Assembly (NCBI GenBank): GCA_034190725.1
Contig: JAXHSZ010000434.1
Span: 1-39,893 of the forward strand
Origin: Thermodesulfobacteriota bacterium
GTDB taxonomy: Bacteria > Desulfobacterota > UBA8473
Direction: 5' to 3'
Length of the DNA: 39,893 nt
Made by a program: the position numbers and the translations under genes. The notes under the pieces are model-generated. The model searched no databases. It saw nothing but the letters and a program-made list of their open reading frames with translations, and was not told the DNA's origin. This document shows, one piece after another, positions 35,699 to 39,893 of this stretch. Every line of letters begins with the position of its first letter. Position 1 is the first letter of the stretch.

Positions 35699-36994
35699 TT
35701 AAGACATCTTATCCGCCCCCGGTAGTGGTGTGTCACCTATTATTCGTTCCCTCTCAAGTTCCTCTATCTCTTTTCCAGACATCCCTAAAAGCTTACCGAG
35801 TACATATTCATTATGCTCCCCGAGAGCAGGTGCCAGCCTCTTTATGGTGATCGGCGTCTTTGTCATCTTCACAATGGGACCAGGATGGCGCATGGTTCCC
35901 ACCTGGGGGTGACTGCCTGTCTGAAAGAAATCACGCTTCTCTAAGTGGGGATTCTCCACAATGGCCTTGCCGTTCAACACCGCCCCTGCCGGAACACCTG
36001 CTTTCTGAAGCAGGGTCATGACCTCATGATCTTCATGTTGAATGGTCCATTCCTCTATGAGTCTATCCAACTCGTCCTGATTTTCGAGCCTGCCGAGAAG
36101 AGTAGAGAACTTTTCATCCGCTGTCCACTTCGGACTGCCGATGGCTTTGGCAAAAGCCCTCCATTCTTTGTCCGATGAAACAGCAATGGCAACCCATCTG
36201 TCATCAGGCGGCTCATCTCCACCACGGCAGCGATAACAGCCATGAGGAGCCATGGACGGGTGACGATTGCCCATACGCTCCCATGTCCTCCGGTTCATGG
36301 TGAAGTCCATCATTGCTTCACCGATAAGCATGGTTGTGGCCTCACTCTGAGAGACATCTATCCATTGACCCTTTCCTGTTTTTTTGCGGTAGTGCAAAGC
36401 GGCTATGATCATGCCTGCGGCGCTTGCAGCGGCTGTGGGATCGCCGTAGTCCATACCCGATTTCATGGGTCCTGATTCGGCACTGTAGCCAAGGATCATT
36501 GCAATACCGCTCATCTGTTCCTGGGACATACCGAATGCTCGATAGTTCTTCTCCGGGCCGATGGCTCCATAAGCAGGCATGGAGAGAACGATAATGTCCG
36601 GCTTTACCTCTTTCAGAGAGTCATAGTCGAGTTTGAGCTTCTCTATCACATCGGTAGGGAAATTCACAGTCACTACATCGCTTATTTGCACAAGGCGATG
36701 GTAGATCTGAAGTCCGCGCGGTCTGCTCAGGTCGATGGTGATTCCACACTTGTTTTGATTCCAATATTGAAAGGGCCCCCGGCGATTATATGGCCTCTCA
36801 CCAGGGTCCATGTCTGGATAGATACCCAGACCGCTTATTCCGGCGATGGGTCCTCTGGAGGCATCGTAATTCTGTATTGATTCTACCTTGATCACCTCAG
36901 CTCCAAAATCGGCAAGCAGTTTGCCTACCCAGGGACCAGCCCAGATTACGCCGTGGTCCAACACTCGTATACCTTCCAGTGGCAATTGAGACAC
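35699..36994 (-). CDS. Family III CoA-transferase (CaiB/BaiF/Frc-like), 431 aa
   Basis: GTG at 36994 lies 7 nt after AAGGAGG. N-terminus LPLEGIRVLDHGVIWAGPWVGKLLADFGAEVIKVES is the family III signature region. The longer ORF to 37054 starts inside MITE copy E. Confidence 0.88.
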   Translation of the reverse strand: MSQLPLEGIRVLDHGVIWAGPWVGKLLADFGAEVIKVESIQNYDASRGPIAGISGLGIYPDMDPGERPYNRRGPFQYWNQNKCGITIDLSRPRGLQIYHRLVQISDVVTVNFPTDVIEKLKLDYDSLKEVKPDIIVLSMPAYGAIGPEKNYRAFGMSQEQMSGIAMILGYSAESGPMKSGMDYGDPTAAASAAGMIIAALHYRKKTGKGQWIDVSQSEATTMLIGEAMMDFTMNRRTWERMGNRHPSMAPHGCYRCRGGDEPPDDRWVAIAVSSDKEWRAFAKAIGSPKWTADEKFSTLLGRLENQDELDRLIEEWTIQHEDHEVMTLLQKAGVPAGAVLNGKAIVENPHLEKRDFFQTGSHPQVGTMRHPGPIVKMTKTPITIKRLAPALGEHNEYVLGKLLGMSGKEIEELERERIIGDTPLPGADKMS

Positions 36995-37014
36995 TCGAAT
37001 ACCTCCTTTTAAAT

Positions 37015-37166
37015 AGTGCCCATCCATATATGCATATATGGCTATTTTCCGCAATCTCTGCGTCAGACTCAGATTTTAATCCTCAAAATACCCAATGTAT
37101 TCCTGCGGTTAAAATCTTCGTCTTCCTTGACCTTGCAAAAAATATCTCATTTCTGGATGGACACTA
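37015..37166 (+). mobile_element. MITE-like intergenic repeat, copy E (between the two CoA-transferase genes)
   Basis: AGTGCCCATCCATATATG...GGCTATTTTCCGCAATCTCTGCGTCAGACTCAGATTTTAATCC...CAATGTATTCCTGCGGTTAAAATCTTC...TCATTTCTGGATGGACACTA. TA is present on both flanks. The terminal CTA (37164-37166) is the complement of the upstream gene's TAG stop. Confidence 0.85.
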
Positions 37167-38357
37167 AATAATACTCATCTCCTTCAACTTCACCAAGTCC
37201 TCTTTGGTGTATCCCAGTCTGTTACAGTAGATCTCTTCATTGTGTTCTCCCAAGAGGGGTGGTCGTATTGTCTGCCATGGTGTCTCGCTCATGATGGCCG
37301 GTGCACCCGGATAAGTGAGAGTGCCTGTCTCCGGATGATCAATATCCACCCAGAATCCTCTGGCCCTGTATTGAGGGGCATTTACCAGGTCTTCAGGGGA
37401 ACGAACGAGTGATATGGGGATCTTTCTCTCCTGCCCTTGATGATAAATTTCCTCTCTTGTATGATCCATGAAGAATGGATACAGGGCAGCATCGACTTCA
37501 TCTCGGTTGAAGACACGCTTGACAATACTATCGATGCTCTCAGACCGTATCTCAGGTGTATCGATCCATTCCACAAGACGATCCCACAACTTCCCAACCA
37601 CAGCTATCCCAATGTATCCGTCTTTGCAAAAATACATCCCCCATGGGTGAGCAGCTCCCTTATTTCCCTTCCTGACCTCGATTCTCCCTTGATAGAGGTA
37701 TTCAAGGAGAGAGTACTCTAAGATCGAGTTCATCGTTTCCATTATGGAGCTTTCCACGTACTGGCCAATACCGGTTCCATTTGCTCCGTAAAATGCAGCC
37801 ATGGTGCCAACAAAGGAGTTCAACCCTGCCTGGTATTGTGCCTGGGAGCCAACCGGTTTCAAGGGGACCCTGTCCAAATCACCTGTAATATACATCAATC
37901 CCCCTAAAGCCTGTGCCACAATCTCGGTCATTTTGTAATCCCGGTACGGACCACTGCTGCCAAAGTTGGAGATCGATGTCATGACCAGCTTTGGATTCAA
38001 CTCCTCCAGGACTTCATATGTAAGCCCGAATCCTGCCATTACTCCGGGGCTGAAATTCTCCACCAGGATATCCGCCTCTTGGACCAATTGAAGGAATATG
38101 TTTTTCCCGGTCGAACTCTTCAGGTTAAGAGTGATACTCTTTTTCCCGGTATTCAAATGATGGAATAGGCCACTCTTCTCCGGGTGGGGCTCATCATTGA
38201 AGAAGGGTCCTATACTCCTTGCCGGGTCCCCTTGGCCCGGCCTCTCTATCTTGACTACCTCGGCCCCCAACCCGGCCAAGAGTTTCGTACAATAGGGGCC
38301 TGCGATATGCCAGGAGAGGTCCAATACCTTTACATCTGATAATGCCTGTTCTGCCAT
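37164..38357 (-). CDS. Family III CoA-transferase (CaiB/BaiF/Frc-like), 397 aa
   Basis: LSDVKVLDLSWHIAGPYCTKLLAGLGAEVVKIERPGQGDPAR. Full-length family III architecture. Confidence 0.9.
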   Translation of the reverse strand: MAEQALSDVKVLDLSWHIAGPYCTKLLAGLGAEVVKIERPGQGDPARSIGPFFNDEPHPEKSGLFHHLNTGKKSITLNLKSSTGKNIFLQLVQEADILVENFSPGVMAGFGLTYEVLEELNPKLVMTSISNFGSSGPYRDYKMTEIVAQALGGLMYITGDLDRVPLKPVGSQAQYQAGLNSFVGTMAAFYGANGTGIGQYVESSIMETMNSILEYSLLEYLYQGRIEVRKGNKGAAHPWGMYFCKDGYIGIAVVGKLWDRLVEWIDTPEIRSESIDSIVKRVFNRDEVDAALYPFFMDHTREEIYHQGQERKIPISLVRSPEDLVNAPQYRARGFWVDIDHPETGTLTYPGAPAIMSETPWQTIRPPLLGEHNEEIYCNRLGYTKEDLVKLKEMSII

Positions 38358-38431
38358 TCATCCCTCCCTGATTCTGCATGGTTCAGAAACGACCGATATA
38401 TTGAAAACTCAGGACTTTCATGATAGAATCG

Positions 38432-38459
38432 ATGATAATTGAGAATCCCAAAAAGTCAA
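38432..38459 (-). promoter_or_regulatory. Candidate sigma70-type promoter of the CoA-transferase operon
   Basis: On the - strand: TTGACT (38459-38454), 16-nt spacer, TATCAT (38437-38432), ~75 nt upstream of the ATG at 38357. Pattern match by eye only. Confidence 0.35.
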
Positions 38460-38515
38460 TAAAAAAGTAACTTTTCGACAAATGACCCATATAAAAAATC
38501 ATTTCGAGGTATGAT

Positions 38516-38833
38516 GTGACTCATGAAGAACTCAGAGCTATCATGGTTTATCTGGCAGAGAGGGTACACCTCAGTTCCCAGGGGGCTGAAAGCCCGGTCG
38601 TCATCACCTTTGATGCTCCGACTGAAAAAGATATGATCGAGGCAGGTCTGGATGCTGAGGGGGGAAAGAGGATACTCCGAGTCCCATGGTGGGAGGAGAT
38701 GGTGACAGACATTGTAGAAACACCGGACATGTGTGATCCTGACGACTCGCCGCAACAGATTCTCGAGTTTGCAAAGGACGTGGTATCAGAATACATCCGC
38801 AAGCGAATCCCGCTCAATGGCGACTCAATTTAA
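38516..38833 (+). CDS. Small acidic hypothetical protein (105 aa)
   Basis: GTG start 5 nt after GAGGT. Coding-like composition, unlike the two antisense ORFs that overlap it. No recognisable motif. Confidence 0.45.
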   Translation: MTHEELRAIMVYLAERVHLSSQGAESPVVITFDAPTEKDMIEAGLDAEGGKRILRVPWWEEMVTDIVETPDMCDPDDSPQQILEFAKDVVSEYIRKRIPLNGDSI

Positions 38834-38875
38834 AACACATTAGGTACACCAGGCCCCATACAGAATGGCCGCTAA

Positions 38876-39054
38876 GGAATCGGAAATAAGTAACTCATGG
38901 TTTTCGTATCCCACCTTCAGGCCACCTTTCGACGATTATCAATCGCAAAGTCCTCGACGTAATACTCTTACGCCTGCGGCTTTGCTCAATCAGATCGTCT
39001 AAAGTTGACCTAAATCTGGGCGCGAATTCCAATGACTTATTTATTTCCGATTCC
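38876..39054. repeat. 179-bp long imperfect palindrome between convergent genes
   Basis: The left arm GGAATCGGAAATAAGTAACTCATGG... and the reverse complement of the right arm GGAATCGGAAATAAATAAGTCATTGG... align over ~85 nt (roughly 70% by eye). The symmetry centre is at the CGTAA-TACTC-TTACG hairpin (38958-38972). Confidence 0.7.
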
Positions 39055-39092
39055 AAAAAGATAAATAAAGAAGTGAAAGTTGATATGGCACT

Positions 39093-39893
39093 TTATGCAA
39101 TCGACCCTGTTTCATCCACTTCATAACCGCCCATTTTCACAACGAGCTGTTTAAATTTATCTGAGCGAATGACTTCCAACATCAACTGTATTTTCTTGTC
39201 CAAAAAATACTTGGCCGGAATAACAAGATCGTATCGCTCTTTTGTAATGGGAATAAAATCCAGAGAAAGAGCATTTGCAGCAGCATGGATACCGAGACCA
39301 ACATCTGCTGAACCTGAAGCAATTGCCATGGCCAAGTTCATGTGTGTGTACTCTTCATTTTGGTATCCATTAATTATCTCTCCTTCAATTCCCGCCATTC
39401 CAAGCTCATAGTCCAAAAGAATCCGTGTGCCAGAACCGGACTGACGATTGACAAAGACCATGTCTTTTCGGTTCAGATCGTAAATGCTTCGGATGCCCTT
39501 CGGGTTGCCACTTGTCACCATAAAACCTTGCCAGCGGTGTACGAGAGTCACCAGCTTTACAGGGACTGAAGGCAGATAGCGGCTGATGTATGAATGATTG
39601 TATTCCCCTGTCTCAATATCAAGCAAATGGGAACCGGCAAAATGAGCCGTCTCTTTTTTCAATGCGATAAGACCTCCCAGGCTGCCCACGTTGGTTGATG
39701 AGATCTGCACTTTTCCACCTGTCTTCTCTTTCAGCAAGCTGCCTATCAGGTCAATGGTAAGATCGTGAGAACCGATGGCGAGAAGCCTTCCATCGATCAT
39801 TTCCCGGGATGCAAGAAGTTCTGCCTCTATTTTTTCTCCCTCGGACAAGCCTCCTGTTTCCTGAGGTATGCGTACAATACCATCTGCGCGAAC
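39093..39893 (-). CDS. C-terminal part of a MoeA-type molybdopterin molybdenumtransferase fused to a PBP-like (periplasmic-binding-protein fold) domain; 5' end beyond window
   Basis: The frame stays open to base 39893. VRADGIVRIPQETGGLSEGEKIEAELL resembles the end of MoeA domain IV. The following ~240 aa (IGSHD, GSLGGL.AL, GTR) resemble the type 2 PBP-like domain found fused to MoeA or HTH proteins. Confidence 0.7.
   Translation of the reverse strand, partial: VRADGIVRIPQETGGLSEGEKIEAELLASREMIDGRLLAIGSHDLTIDLIGSLLKEKTGGKVQISSTNVGSLGGLIALKKETAHFAGSHLLDIETGEYNHSYISRYLPSVPVKLVTLVHRWQGFMVTSGNPKGIRSIYDLNRKDMVFVNRQSGSGTRILLDYELGMAGIEGEIINGYQNEEYTHMNLAMAIASGSADVGLGIHAAANALSLDFIPITKERYDLVIPAKYFLDKKIQLMLEVIRSDKFKQLVVKMGGYEVDETGSIA

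Noticed and set aside
36995-37054. 20-codon N-terminal extension of the 431-aa CoA-transferase (ORF start 37054)
   Set aside because: The extension lies inside MITE copy E. The GTG at 36994 has AAGGAGG 7 nt upstream, and the family signature LPLEGIRVLD begins right there.
1-39893. CRISPR array, tRNA, rRNA, prophage or defence-system genes
   Set aside because: The repeats present are dispersed, inverted and irregularly spaced, with no direct repeat/spacer periodicity. I saw no cloverleaf-like T-arm motifs (GGTTCGAAT type in a proper context), no rRNA-like stretches, and no integrase, transposase, nuclease or cas-like ORFs.

Overview
This 39.9-kb window carries a gene set typical of a strict anaerobe. 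It looks like a Desulfobacterota-like organism that uses the Wood-Ljungdahl pathway, but that taxonomic call is inference from gene content only.

Layout:
- 1-6.1 kb (+): an oxygen/ROS-defence island. It holds a flavodiiron protein, a small ferredoxin, four rubrerythrin/ferritin-like paralogs, thiol peroxidase, desulfoferrodoxin, a HEAT-repeat protein and a Cys4 mini-protein.
- 6.9-10.3 kb (+): a NifU/IscU-like scaffold, a NifS-type cysteine desulfurase, a TIGR02757-like protein and a lipoprotein.
- 10.5-21.6 kb (-): a 1177-aa membrane spermidine-synthase-like/TPR fusion, a beta-barrel outer-membrane protein, and an operon encoding a PAS-GAF-GAF histidine kinase, a sigma54-dependent response regulator and an archaemetzincin.
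- 22.1-34.3 kb (-): the carbonyl-branch Wood-Ljungdahl cluster cooC-folD-acsD-acsA-acsB-acsC-acsE. It is followed by an HdrD/GlpC-like Fe-S protein that is intact only if one in-frame TGA is read as selenocysteine; a SECIS-like hairpin follows that TGA.
- 35.1-39.9 kb: a TIGR04076-like protein, two adjacent family III CoA-transferases, a small acidic hypothetical protein and a 5'-truncated MoeA-PBP fusion.

The intergenic space holds at least four unrelated repeat families:
- a ~150-bp MITE-like element with terminal inverted repeats (5 copies plus 1 fragment);
- a GTTTCAGGT-type heptamer-rich inverted-repeat family (5 loci);
- one 81-bp nested palindrome inside the acs operon;
- one 179-bp long palindrome.

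Other points worth a second look are a ~185-aa Lys/Glu/Ala-rich tail on AcsD and a 552-bp tandem duplication of the GAF module in the kinase. I saw no rRNA, tRNA or CRISPR array.
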